Made by a program: the position numbers and the translations under genes
Assembly: GCF_009834535.1 (NCBI RefSeq)
Contig: NC_045696.1
Coordinates: 63,180,001 to 63,244,000, forward strand
Length of the DNA: 64,000 nucleotides
Reading direction: 5' to 3'
From: Camelus ferus
Taxonomy: Eukaryota
Notes under the pieces: model-generated
The model's database searches: none
The model's input: the letters and a program-made list of their open reading frames with translations, nothing else
What the model was told of the DNA's origin: nothing
Part shown: one piece after another, positions 1 through 11,244 of the stretch
How positions within the stretch are numbered: position 1 is the stretch's first letter
How the letters are laid out: every line of letters begins with the position of its first letter

Positions 1-262
1 TCAGAGTGTATTGCACAGAGCAAAGTGTTGGATAATGCAGGCAGGCAAACGTGTGCTGGGTGTGAATGTAGGATGCGCTCTGCCCTGGGCCTCCGTGTTG
101 AGAGTTGGCTGGGTGTCAGGGCACTTGGGCACTGGTTCCAGCACAGCTCTTAAATCTTCCAAGTGGCCTCCTCTAGACAGCTGTCCTCTCTGACCTTGGT
201 ATCTTTATATGAAAGTGATACATTTGGACCGAATGAACCATAAGAGCCTTTCAATCTCCCAA

Positions 263-1145
263 TTTAACACGTATCTATTGAGTACTTACTAGATGCTAAG
301 TATTGGGGGTTTAGCAGCAAGATCTTGCCCTCCCTGAGTTTGTATTTTGGTGGTGGGGGGGGTGATGTCATACAATAAACAAACAAATGAATAGATAAAA
401 TGCTGGGTGGTGATAAGTGCAAAGAAGAAAGATAAAGCAAGATAAGGGAGCTATAGAACAATGAAGGGAGGGGATGCTGTTTTAGATGAAGTGGGCGGAC
501 GAGGCCACTCTGATAAGGTAGAGACCTTAAGAAAGTGAAAGGATCAAGGCACACAGATATCTGGGGAAAGAATAGATTCTGCCCAGACTGAAAAGTGCTT
601 GCCTTGTTCCAGGAAGAGGCCAGAGTGGCTGGAGCAGAGTGAGCCAGGGGTAGGGGCAGGGGAGCATCAGAGGGAGGGGCACAGGGCCAGTGAACATGAA
701 GCCTGGAGAGGGTGTGACCTGATCTGACTTATATTGTAAAAGGACGCCTATAGATTGTAGGAGGTTAGTTAAGAAGCTTCTAGAATACTCCAGAAGCAAG
801 ATAATGATGTCTGGTTCTAGGATGGTAGAGAGTGGAGGTGAGAGGGATTCTGAAAATATTTTAGAGGTAAAGCAAGTAGAATTTGCCAATGGTTTATATA
901 AGATGTGAGGGACAAAGAGGAATATACAGTGACTTCAACATTTGAGACCTGAGCTGCTGGAAATGAAGAGTTGTGATTTACAGAGATAATGAAGAAGATG
1001 AGAGAAAAAGGTTTGAGGAAGAGAGGTGAGGAGGGAGATGCTTATGAGAAGTCAGAAATACAAATCTGGAGAGAGGCCTTTGGGAGTAATCAGCACAAGA
1101 TGATATAGAAAGTCACAGGGCTTGGATCGGTGACCTAGGGAGGAG
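263..1145 (-). mobile_element. L2 (LINE2) fragment
   Basis: TATTGAGTACTTACTAGATGC..GAGGCCAGAGTGGCTGGAGCAGAGTGAG..TGTGACCTGATCTGACTTA. Confidence 0.8.
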
Positions 1146-1806
1146 TCGAACAGAGATTACAAGAAGCCCCGGGCCCCTCCTACATAGAGACCCAGAGGAT
1201 GAGAAAGGACCAGCAAACTTGATTTGACCCTGTGACTCCTTCCAGAAGAGGTTGCTCAATGAGGAGAGGCAAGTCTGGAAAATGTGAATTTTGTTTTGAA
1301 ATAATGAGTATGACTTTCCTATCAATCATTGCCAAACCCATCATTCCTGATTGCAACAAACATAACATCTTGCGCCAACCTAGGTAGAGGACTGCTGGCA
1401 GGGTAAATGGAAATATGTATCAATGGACTCGGATTTTCTTCCAGTTTCTTGGTGTTATGAAAAAACTAGGTGAATTAGAGCTTATTTGCTTTCAGCAAAT
1501 GATTCCCAGCTGGAAGACATTGATTTCCAGGGCTTCCCCAGCAGCCCCCAAGCTTTGCAGGGAGGCTGCAAGACTGGGTTTCCCCATCTTGGCTCCAGTC
1601 AATGCCACAAAGATTAATTGCAGTACCAAGTTGTGAACTCTCCTGAGAATTCCTCTCTTTCCCTGAAGGCCAGAGAGACCTGCCTCGTGATGGAAGCTTC
1701 AGCACATGCTGTTTCAGTGCTTTCTCAGGCTGCAGAAAAAATTTGAAGAGAATCAAATGTAACCCTTGATTCATTAAAATGTGTCCTGGGGGAGGGGTGG
1801 TGGTGT

Positions 1807-1891
1807 GGGGTATAGCTCAGTGGTAGAGTGCATGCTTAGCATGCATGAGGTCCTGAGTTCAATCCCCCGTACCACCATTAGAAAAAAAAAA
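1807..1891 (+). mobile_element. tRNA-Ala-derived SINE (Vic-1-like), short form with poly-A
   Basis: GGGGTATAGCTCAGTGGTAGAG...CTTAGCATGC...GAGTTCAATCCC...ACCA followed by an A tail. Confidence 0.85.
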
Positions 1892-3299
1892 GTCCTCTGG
1901 AAAAAGGATTCCAAAATGTAATGTTCATCAAAACATGTGGGACTGCAGGGTGTGTCTTTCTGTTAGTGCTGGATTTCGACTGGAATTTCTGTGGGCCATT
2001 TGGCTGCAGCAGCAGTTGGAAGGCCGTGGTGACCACGCCAAGATTAGAGGGGAGAGCCACGCATGGCTATATTAGGAGCAGCCACAAAAGGAACTAGCAA
2101 TTTTTGCACCTCAGGAAAACTTCCTAAACTGCTCCCCCCAACCCAATTGATTGTCCTTTGCTCTTTGGGCCTCCTTCCTTCCCCCTAGCAACAAATTCTC
2201 TGATTCAATTGTGACTTCTCTAGACACCTAAGCCAGGATGCCATGTATCCCAGAAACTGTACCTTGGGCCTCACCCTGCCTCTCCTCACCCTCTTTGCCC
2301 TTAGAGCACCAAACTCCTGAAATATACTACGCCTGGCCTGCAAGATGGTTGACTAGACTTGGAGGCTCACCACCTAACAGACTCAGTATGGTTAAATATT
2401 GCCCAAATCAAAAGTGAAACCCTGCTGAATGTTCTCCAGCCTTTTGAGAGCATACTTGTCAGGGTGAGGGGATAGCTGGCAGCTCTGCTCCCCTGATCAG
2501 AAGGGTGGACAGAGAACAATGTTGGAACCAATCTACAGCCCAACAGAGAGTCTGTTTCTGTTCCTGGCTGTACTGCCCTCCCCAGACTAGGCATTATTTT
2601 AAAAAGTCCTTCCCTAGTTTCCTGTTGCCTATAACACAGGGGCTGTCCTTGGTGGCCTCTCACCCAAATCATTACACCATTTAGACTTTCCATAATAGTA
2701 AACCCATATCCTCTTAAATGTCCCCTGGGCACGCATGTGCTTGCGTGCACATACACACACACACAAACACTCATCTAACATTCTATTCACTACAGCCTCA
2801 AGGTCTTTACCCCCAAAGTCTTCCCACATCTCTGGGCCTTTGTCCCAGTCTTTTCCTTGTCCCTTAGCTTTCAAATCCACCTTCCCAAACCCTAAATTAC
2901 CCTGTCCTCTGGGCCATCAGGGCTTGCCATAGTCTGCATGGCACTCAAGCTGGCTGTGTGGGCCCCTGTCTACCCCCGCCCTCTCCCCAATGTCCAAGCA
3001 CACGGGAGGCTGAGCTCTTTGAGTGCAGATAGCACTGACATCAGTCACATGTCAGGGGCTCAGGCACTTTCACAGAATCAAATTAAAGGAGACTCTGCTA
3101 ATTCAAAATGGTACCAGGCTAGCAGCTCCCATCTTAGTTTCTGCTACTTTCCTGTATAAAGACTCCAAAAAAGATAGAAAACCTGGCACGTGGCCTTGGA
3201 CTTGGGCACATCAAAGGCCCTCCAACTGTGGTTCCAAATAGATTGTGCCCAGGGACTTGGTCAAGGCAGCTACCTGAGCATAGGCTTAGAAAGGAGACC

Positions 3300-3770
3300 C
3301 CCTTTCCTCCCTTTGACCCAGTAATTCTCTTGCTAGGAATTTATCTTAAGGAATAATTAAGTATGCTGATAAAGATTTAACCACAAGGGAAAACAGGAAC
3401 AATGTACATGCCTACAAGAAAGGACAGGCTGAAAAACTGAGGTAAATCTGTGTGAGAGTGTACTGTATATCCAATAAAAACTATGTTCTAAGGTTATGTT
3501 TGTTGACATGGAAAAATGTCCATGATTTATCATTATTAGCAAAAAAAAAATTCAGGTTATAGAATAGAATATGTCGTCCAATTTTTATAATAAAAACCTA
3601 CCATTGATACATGCAGAGGATAAAGTCTGGAGGAATATACGTCGGAGTGCTGACAGTGGCGATCTCTTGGTAATGGAATTATGGCTAATGGTTACTTGCT
3701 TCTTTTAGCCTATTTGTTTACTTCGACAATGAACATGTACTTCTCCATTAATATATAGAGGGTATTAATA
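3300..3770 (+). mobile_element. Ancient L1ME-like 3' fragment
   Basis: CCCTTTGACCCAGTAATTC..CTAGGAATTTATC and degenerate 3' UTR segments. Confidence 0.55.
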
Positions 3771-3981
3771 ATAAATAGAGAAGCAACAGAGTGCCATGCA
3801 AGCTGTCTCTTTTCTTCTAAGCTCCAAGACCTGGTCTCTGAGTTTCAATTTTGGCTGTCAGGAACGGGTGCCGATCTTTTGACAGCAGATTTCATCTGCC
3901 AATAACTTGCTGCAGGATCCTGGAGAAAGTTCCTTAACTTTTCTTTTTCTGTAAAATGTGCATAAAAATAGTGTCTAAGAT

Positions 3982-4179
3982 GGGGGGAGGGTATAGCTCA
4001 GTGGTAGAGCGTGTGCTTAGCATGAACAAGGTCCTGTGTTCAATCCCCCATACCTCTGTTAAAAAATAAACAAAAATAAATAAACCTAATTACTTATCCT
4101 GCAAAAAATAAAAAATAAATAAATTCATTTAAAATTTTAAAATTACCTCCTTGCCCCCTCCACCAAAAAAAAAAAAAAA
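3982..4179 (+). mobile_element. Vic-1-like SINE, full length with TSD
   Basis: tRNA head, AT-rich AAATAAACCTAATTAC body, poly-A; direct repeat AGTGTCTAAG at 3970-3979 and 4179-4188. Confidence 0.92.
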
Positions 4180-4188
4180 GTGTCTAAG

Positions 4189-4818
4189 GCAATTCTATGG
4201 AGAAAAGAGTCTCCCAAACACAGGGTGCTGGAACCACTGGACATCCACGTGCAAAAATATGAATCTAAATACAGACCTTATATCCTTCACAAAAATTAAC
4301 TGAGAATGGATCATAGACCTAAATGTGAACCACAAAATGTCAAAACTCCTAGAAGATAACATAGGAGAAAATCTAGATGACCTTGGGTATGGCCATGACT
4401 TTTCAGATACAACACCAAAGGCAAGATCCATGAAAGAAAGAATTGATAAGCTATATTGCATTAAAATTTAAAACTTCCGCTTCGTGAAAGATGCTGTCAA
4501 CAGAATGAGAAGACAAGCCACAGGCTGGGACAAAATGTCTGCAGAAGATACAGCCAATAAAGGACTGTTATCCAAAACAAAGAACTCCTAAAACTCAACA
4601 ATAAGAAAACAAAACAACCTGATTAAGAAACAGATACCTGTGGGGAGGGTATAGCTCGGTGGTAGAGTGTGTTCTTAGCATGCAGGAAGTCCTGGGTTTA
4701 ATTCCTAGTACCTCCATTAAAAACAAAAACAAAACCAGAAGTACATGGGTATTAGCACTTTCTGCTCAACTTTGCTGTGAACCCAAAGCTGCTCTAAGAA
4801 AATAGTCTATTAAAAAAA
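4189..4818 (+). mobile_element. L1MC-like fragment (ORF2 C-terminal part plus extreme 3' end), interrupted by a SINE
   Basis: ATGGATCATAGACCTAAATGT..CTCCTAGAAGATAACATAGGAGAAAATCT; 3' end CTGCTCAACTTTGCTGTGAACC..TCTATTAAAAAAA. Confidence 0.8.
4642..4734 (+). mobile_element. Vic-1-like SINE
   Basis: GGGGAGGGTATAGCTCGGTGGTAGAG head with an (AAAAC)n-like tail. Confidence 0.88.
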
Positions 4819-5201
4819 TCTGTACCTCACTGGGTTGCTGTGAGAGTTAAATGGCTTTATTCTCGCAGAGCTGTTCGAATAGCTCCTGGCAAATAGTAAG
4901 CATGCAATACATTTTAGCTAAAATTAAGTCAAATCAACACACACATACACGAGAAGAGGTTTTTTTTTTTTTTAATGCAAATGAAAAAGACTTTCTATCT
5001 GGATGGAAAAGTCTACGGACTTCATGCCTAAAACTCGCAGAACCTGGCATATTCTAGATGCTTAATTGTGAACAGGTAAGCAAAGGACTCGATCCCTGAT
5101 TTAAACCTGAGAATAAATGAAATTGCTTAGGGAGAAAGTGTGGCATGAGGAAAAGTGTGGGCCCGGGTTCGGGTCTTCCACCTCTAAATGTCATAATCAG
5201 C

Positions 5202-5202
<1 letters not shown>

Positions 5203-5232
<30 letters not shown>
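5203..5232. repeat. (AG)15 microsatellite
   Basis: Perfect dinucleotide run. Confidence 0.95.
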
Positions 5233-5237
<5 letters not shown>

Positions 5238-5609
5238 GGTGAAGGAGACTGAGAAATGGCCAGATGGGAATAAGGAGTGTTTGGTGTCTGAAAACCAAGA
5301 AAAGAGAGTGGTTCAGGAAGGAGGAAGTGGCCGGCTGTGCTGGGTGCTCTGCTGAGAGGCCAGAGCAGAGGGGGTGTGAGGGTGTCCCTCAGGTGACAGA
5401 GATCTCCATGACTGTGGTAGATGTGGCTGCGGTGGAGTGGGAGGGGCTGAAGAATGACTGACAGGTACTGAAACAAGACGGAGTGAAGACAACTTTCAAG
5501 AACCTTGGGAAGGAAGCAAAAAGGCATTAGCAACCAGAAGGGAAATTTAAGACACAAGAAAGTTTATATTTATTTTGCTATTAGGATGGAGTGCCTGAAG
5601 CAGGTCTTC

Positions 5610-5719
5610 TTTGATTTGGGGGGATGTGGAGGTAATTATGTTATTGGAGGTACTGCGAATTGAACCCAGGACCTTGTGCACACTAAGCAAGCACTCTACT
5701 ACTGAGCTATACCCTCCCC
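5610..5719 (-). mobile_element. Vic-1-like SINE
   Basis: Reverse-complement head ...ACTGAGCTATACCCTCCCC. Confidence 0.88.
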
Positions 5720-7321
5720 TGCGGGAGCAGGTTTAATCGAACACTGATGAGAAAGGATGCTTTCTCCATGTCCATGAGGGGCAGGAAGAGCATGAGGCAG
5801 GTGGGAGGGTGAAACAGTCCCCATCAGAGACTTTTCTTCTTTGTGCAGTAGGAAGCCAGGCCATTTGCAAAGACTGAGGAGAACTGGAAGAGCTGTGTGG
5901 TTCAGAACAGGGTGGAGAGGGTCTGACAGGCTGAGCAGAACAGCCATAGATGGCAAATGATAGACTGTGGGATCCTTATACTGCTGCATTCCTTCCCCAA
6001 GTTCTTCCCATCTCTGTTTCCATAGCCAAGGATACTGAGACCCAGAGAGAGAAAGCCATTTGTTCACAGTCACACAGCACATTAGGGTCAAAACTTTGCT
6101 TGGAGTCAGGTGTTTGGACCTCCAGTTGAGGGCACGGCCGTTCTACGGCAGCCATCACCTTTCCTGTGTCTGCTCTTCACCGAGTGCTGTTCTGTCAGGC
6201 TCTTTTCAAAGGACGGGCTCCTGAGTCTTACCTGATGTTGCATCATGCCTCTGCCTTGCCATGCAAAGCCTTGCATAGAGAGGGGACCCAAGCAGTATTT
6301 TCTCAGCTAATGAATGATTAGAAATCAGGCTGTCCTTCTATTTTGCTCTTCTTAAAGGCAACTCCTTCCTTATGGAATCCTTCTTCCTCCCTCACCCCTA
6401 ATTCAGAATCAGCCAAGAGGAGAGCAGAATGAGCACCTCATCTCTTTGTCCTCTAGGATAACAGATGCCAATTCCTATAGTATCTGCTCTCCTACGCTGG
6501 GACACGGATGATATATTTACTTATGTACACTTCATCTTGTTCTGGAAAAGATTGAATGTTCCTAGGGTGCATGCGTTGCTAAAAAAAAACCAGTCCTTGT
6601 GTTTATGGCGGTTGTCCCAATGCTCCACATAACTGGATCTGTCTCTCACAGATTCTACTAATTAATGGGTGGCATTTCCTCAGGGGCCTGGGAACTCACT
6701 TATGTAAGTGAATGCAAAATAGATGGCTCATTAGAATTCCCACCCCCAAAACTTGTCACATTATAAAGATAGAATCAGGAAGGAGCAATCATTAATTATC
6801 CACTCAGGAGGCTAGCTGAACTAATATATACATCTTTACTGTTACACAGAGGTAACCGTATTCAAATGCCAATAGAGGTCCTATAACCTTGCTCTGGTGG
6901 GTACTCAGATGACAGAATCAGAGATGCAGAGAGCGTAATAGGGTGGACCTCTGCTCTAGGCTTGGGTCCATCACTATCTTTCTAAATCTCATCTCTTTTG
7001 GGTCTGTTTCTTGTTGGACCTGATAAAATGAAGTAAGAACTTTTGTAATACAAACTATTTCTGCCTGTGGACCAGGCCTCACGGGGCTTTGATGTCCCCT
7101 CAGGCACAGCAACCAGCCGCTTGTCCTCAGGGCAGTCAGCGCCTATTAGTGAGCCAGAGGAGAGTGGCGCCACTGGTCAGATCACTCCCCTGTGACCTGC
7201 GGGAGCTCTGTGTCTGGTCCTGGATGTGCGTCCTGGGGTCTGAAACTCTGACTGGAGCACTGGAATGCAAGGTAAACTGATAGGCGTGTTTAACCTAGTG
7301 ACATTAAATGTTCCTCATCAC

Positions 7322-7408
7322 TTTTTTTTTTTAATGGAGATACTGGGGATTGAACCCAGGACCCTGTGCATACTGGGCAGGCACTCTACCACTGAGCTGT
7401 TACCCCCC
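7322..7408 (-). mobile_element. Vic-1-like SINE, short form
   Basis: Poly-T then GGGGATTGAACCCAGGACC...CTCTACCACTGAGCTG. Confidence 0.87.
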
Positions 7409-8462
7409 ATCCCCCCATCTCTTTTTAATAGCTGTGCAGGACTGACTCTGAAAGATGTTTCTAAGAAACTCAGTATTTGAACCTCTCTATAGGTTTGGCT
7501 AGTGGATTATATATGAAGATAAGGCAAAGATCAAAAAATAACCTGACTGGGAAAAAACAGTCTTCCTGTACTTCTGTTTCATTTCCATTTCCTGAGCCCC
7601 CAAACCCTTACCATGAGCAGGGGACTATCCCCAGGCAGGTGTGCAGGCCCAGGCCAGGGTGGATCAGAGCATGAGGAGCTTGCAGAAAGAGGGGTGAACT
7701 ATCCTCAGCTGAGGGACCCCCAGCCTCTGGGCTCACAGGATCAGGCTACCAGGTCCTGGGAAGGGAGCTGTTCCTCCAGAGCAGGAATGAGTATTCTGCC
7801 TGGAACACACGAGTATCCAGGTTGCCAGAAAAGACTGTTAATTCTGTGGTTGTAGGTAGGACTTTTCCAAGCACTGGGAATTTCAAGGTGGATAAAACAT
7901 GATCCATGTCCTCAAGGAGTACACAAGCGGCTGGTCCTGAAGACGAGCTCTGTCTAGGCCTGGGAGGTACCCAAGAGAGCATCCAAAATCAAGTTCCTGG
8001 ACAGGCCAGACCCTCAATATCCTTGGCCCTAGCAGTGTTGTTCCAAGAAGGCCTGGAAAGCCAGTTAGAATTTGCTCCTCTGCAGTCAGTGGACTTTACT
8101 GCAGTAACCACTTTCCTCTCTAACCAGGCACAGCTTTATTAGAATGCTAGAAAATTATTGTTTCCTTTTAACTTTCTACTGATGATGACTCCTATTCACT
8201 CATTGTCTTTAGTTCCCAATGGAGGAAGGAAATAATAAGGTGCCTTCAGGCACCTCCCCTGCCTTTTAAATTATGAAGTGCACCACATTCACAGAAGAGT
8301 CTATGGACGGTTTAACACTAAATAACAAAGGAAAGGTTACCCACGTGGGCCTGAAGCCCAGCTGTGTGCCCCTCCCCAGTCTCTGCCTCCCCTGACTACT
8401 CCCATCTCTCTAGGTAACCACTGTACTGATGTTTATGTTAATCATTCCAGTTCTCTTTACAG

Positions 8463-8611
8463 TTTTTTTTGGGTGTCTGTTTGGAGGGGTTTTTTTGGGG
8501 GGGTAGGTAATTACGTGTATTTATATATTTATTTTTAATGAAAGTACTGGGGACTGAACCCAGGATCCTGCACATACTAGGCATGCACTACCACTGAGCT
8601 GCACTCCCCCC
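8463..8611 (-). mobile_element. Vic-1-like SINE
   Basis: T-rich tail, GGTAATTA body, ...CTACCACTGAGCTGCACTCCCC head. Confidence 0.85.
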
Positions 8612-8839
8612 ACTTCTTTGCAGTGTTACTCACCATGTCACACATCCCTAAGCAATCTATGGCTTAGAGCTGAGTGACACAAACCCAGCTGTGTAAGGAA
8701 AGAACGTCACTGACACCATCAGATGGGGTTTCCCAGTGAGACAGGCTGACTGGCATCACTGGGGGGCAGTATAGCTTCAGCTCTCCTGAGTTTTCAAAAG
8801 CTTCTTCTGGGGAAGTCAGAGGGCAAAGCCATAAGTAGA

Positions 8840-8960
8840 GGCTGATTCAGGATTTGTGGGGCCTGAAGATTATATAATTTGGAGGACTCTAAGAAGATTA
8901 TGAGTTCAAATTTTCAAATGTTGAGTTATGCACAGGGCTTTGAGAGGGACACATATGAGT
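8840..8960. mobile_element. MER53-like hAT fragment
   Basis: CAGGATTTGTGGGGCCTGAAGATTATATAATTTGG. Confidence 0.5.
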
Positions 8961-9469
8961 AAGGGGCTAATGGTTCATGAGATGCTGGTAGATAAGTCCC
9001 TGGCCATGAGGGCTCACCTGTGTCCAGGCATCTGGGAGATCTGCAGTGTGGGTGAGGCACTGAACAACTGGAAGAAATAGGGTCAGAAGGACAGGGCTGC
9101 TTTGTATTTTCTGCTTCTAAGCTTATCGTATCCCATGTCCAGCTCTTAAGAGTAGGTCAGAGAAGAACACTTCAGAAATGGGGGTGTTTTGTGAAGTGAG
9201 GGTTCTCAGCTGATCCTCTAGAAGCAGAGCATAGAGAGATGAGTAGGAATTTCCTTAATTATGATGAAGCCATGACAAACACAAACAAACCTGTCCTCAA
9301 ATTTAAGCGAGGGTGTACTGTCAGTGGGGATTTTGGTGATGACAGTTCTCACCATGTCTGTTTCTTAGTTAATCTCTGTATCTGGTATATAGCTATTATT
9401 ATGGGATTTCCTTTTACCATCCTCTGGGGAAATCCTTGTCTCTCTCCTGTTTTAGATCCTCCTCCTTGC

Positions 9470-10010
9470 TTTATTCTGTCTTTGAGTGGAGAACATTCTT
9501 CAGTAGCTTCCTGAGAAAGGATAGGTGAAACATTTTGAGATATTACATACTTGAAAAATGTTTTTCCCACTCACATTCTCAATTGGTAGTATGGCTGGGT
9601 ATAGAATTCTAGATTGGAAATGACATTCTTCAGAATTTTGAAGGCTTCATTGTATTGTGGCTTCTAGTGCCATTCTGATTCCTAAACTTTGTATATGACC
9701 CACTTTTTTTCCTCTCTAGAAGCAGTAAAATCTCTTGGTCTCTCAATGGTACCAGCCACTTACGGATTCTTCAATCTGGCAGTTCATTCTATTCTTGAAC
9801 AATACCATTGGTTGTTTCTCCTCCTTTTTTATCTGTCTTTTTCTGGAAACACTGCTATTTAGATATAAGTCCTTCTGAAATTGTACTCTAATTTCCTCCT
9901 TTTTCTCTCTTACTTTCTGTCTGTCTTTTTGCTGGGAAATTTCCCCAATGTTATATTCCAACTGCTGTGTTGAGCTTTTTATTTTTACATAGGCAGATAA
10001 TTTTCCTTTC
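9470..10010 (-). mobile_element. Ancient L1 fragment
   Basis: GGCTGGGTATAGAATTCTAGATTGGAAAT..TTCAGAATTTTGAAGGC, typical of the reverse strand of old L1M. Confidence 0.6.
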
Positions 10011-10227
10011 ATACTTTCTTATCATTTTCTTTCTAACTACAAAAGTATTATATTCACATTATTTAAAAATTAAGTATTACAAAGATACTTTACATAGAAA
10101 GGAAAAGACTTCTCTAGTTCCATTTAGTAAATCATGAAACAGGATAGGGTCCAGAAATAGACCCATGCATAATATCCTAAACCTTTGTATATGAACAATA
10201 TTGCATATTTATTTTCAATAAAGATAC

Positions 10228-10885
10228 TGTGTAGTAATAAATGTGGCCTCCAAAGGATTTTACTTCCTGAGAAGCAACCTCTAAACCCTTGGAATTTCCT
10301 GAGCAATAGGGATGTCTTTGTTTTTCATGGTGGGCCCTGGAACTACACCTGGTATTTTATGTCAGTGAGATGACTCAGAGTGCAGACTGGCCATATAAGA
10401 AAGACCAAGCATGTTATTAGGGGCTTGGGGCTTTGAGTCACATGATACCAGCCAAAACTCCAGGGATGAGAGGGCTGGAGATGGAAGTCAACCACCTGGG
10501 CAATTGTTCAATAAATCATAATGGAACCTCAGTACAATCTCCAGGCACTAAAGCTCAGGTAAGTTTCTTTGGTTGGCAATACTCTGTGCATATTAGCACA
10601 TATCAATGCCAGTAGGGTCACACATCCCTGATGATGAGAGAAGTATTGTATTTGAACACTCCCAGATTTTGTCCATGCATCTCTTCCTTTGGCTGGTTTT
10701 AATTTGTATGCCTTTGCTATAATAAAACCATAATTGTATGTATAAAGCTTTCTTGAGTTCTGTGAGTCATTCTAGCAAAATATCGAATCTGAAAGTGGTT
10801 TTGGGAAAACCCCAAACTTGCAGTTATTGTCTGAAGTGAGGGCAATTTTTGGTGACTGTTCCCTCTGACTGTGCAGTTTGGAAAA
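10228..10885 (+). mobile_element. MER21/MER77-like solo LTR inserted in an L1
   Basis: AAACCCTTGGAATTTCCTGAG, AATAAA at ~10721 and CTTGAGTTCTGTGAGTCATTCTAGC segments typical of this LTR group; L1 sequence on both sides. Confidence 0.7.
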
Positions 10886-11243
10886 CCCCTTAGAGATGCC
10901 AAGGCAATTCAATAAGAAAATGGCATTTGTTCCCACAAGTGGTACTGCAGTCAATTGATATCCATATGTAAACAAATGAACCTCAATACTTGCCTCATAC
11001 TATATACAAAAATGAACATGGAATGAATTGGAGCTATAAATGTAAGAGCTAGAAATATAATATTTCTAGAATAAAAAATAAGTGAAAATCTTTGTGACCT
11101 GGGGTTGGGTGTATATTAATATATAGGAGATCACAAAAAGCAGGAAAAATGGATGAATTGGACTTCATCAAAATTAAAAGTTTTGTTCTTCCAAAGACAC
11201 CGTTAAGAAAATGAAAAAGGCAAGCCACAGGCTGGGGGAGAAT
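10886..11243 (+). mobile_element. Old L1 ORF2 3' fragment (continues the piece at ~10130-10225)
   Basis: GCCAAGGCAATTCAA...TATACAAAAAT...GGACTTCATCAAAATTAAAA...AGGCAAGCCACAG. Confidence 0.8.
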
Positions 11244-11244
11244 A

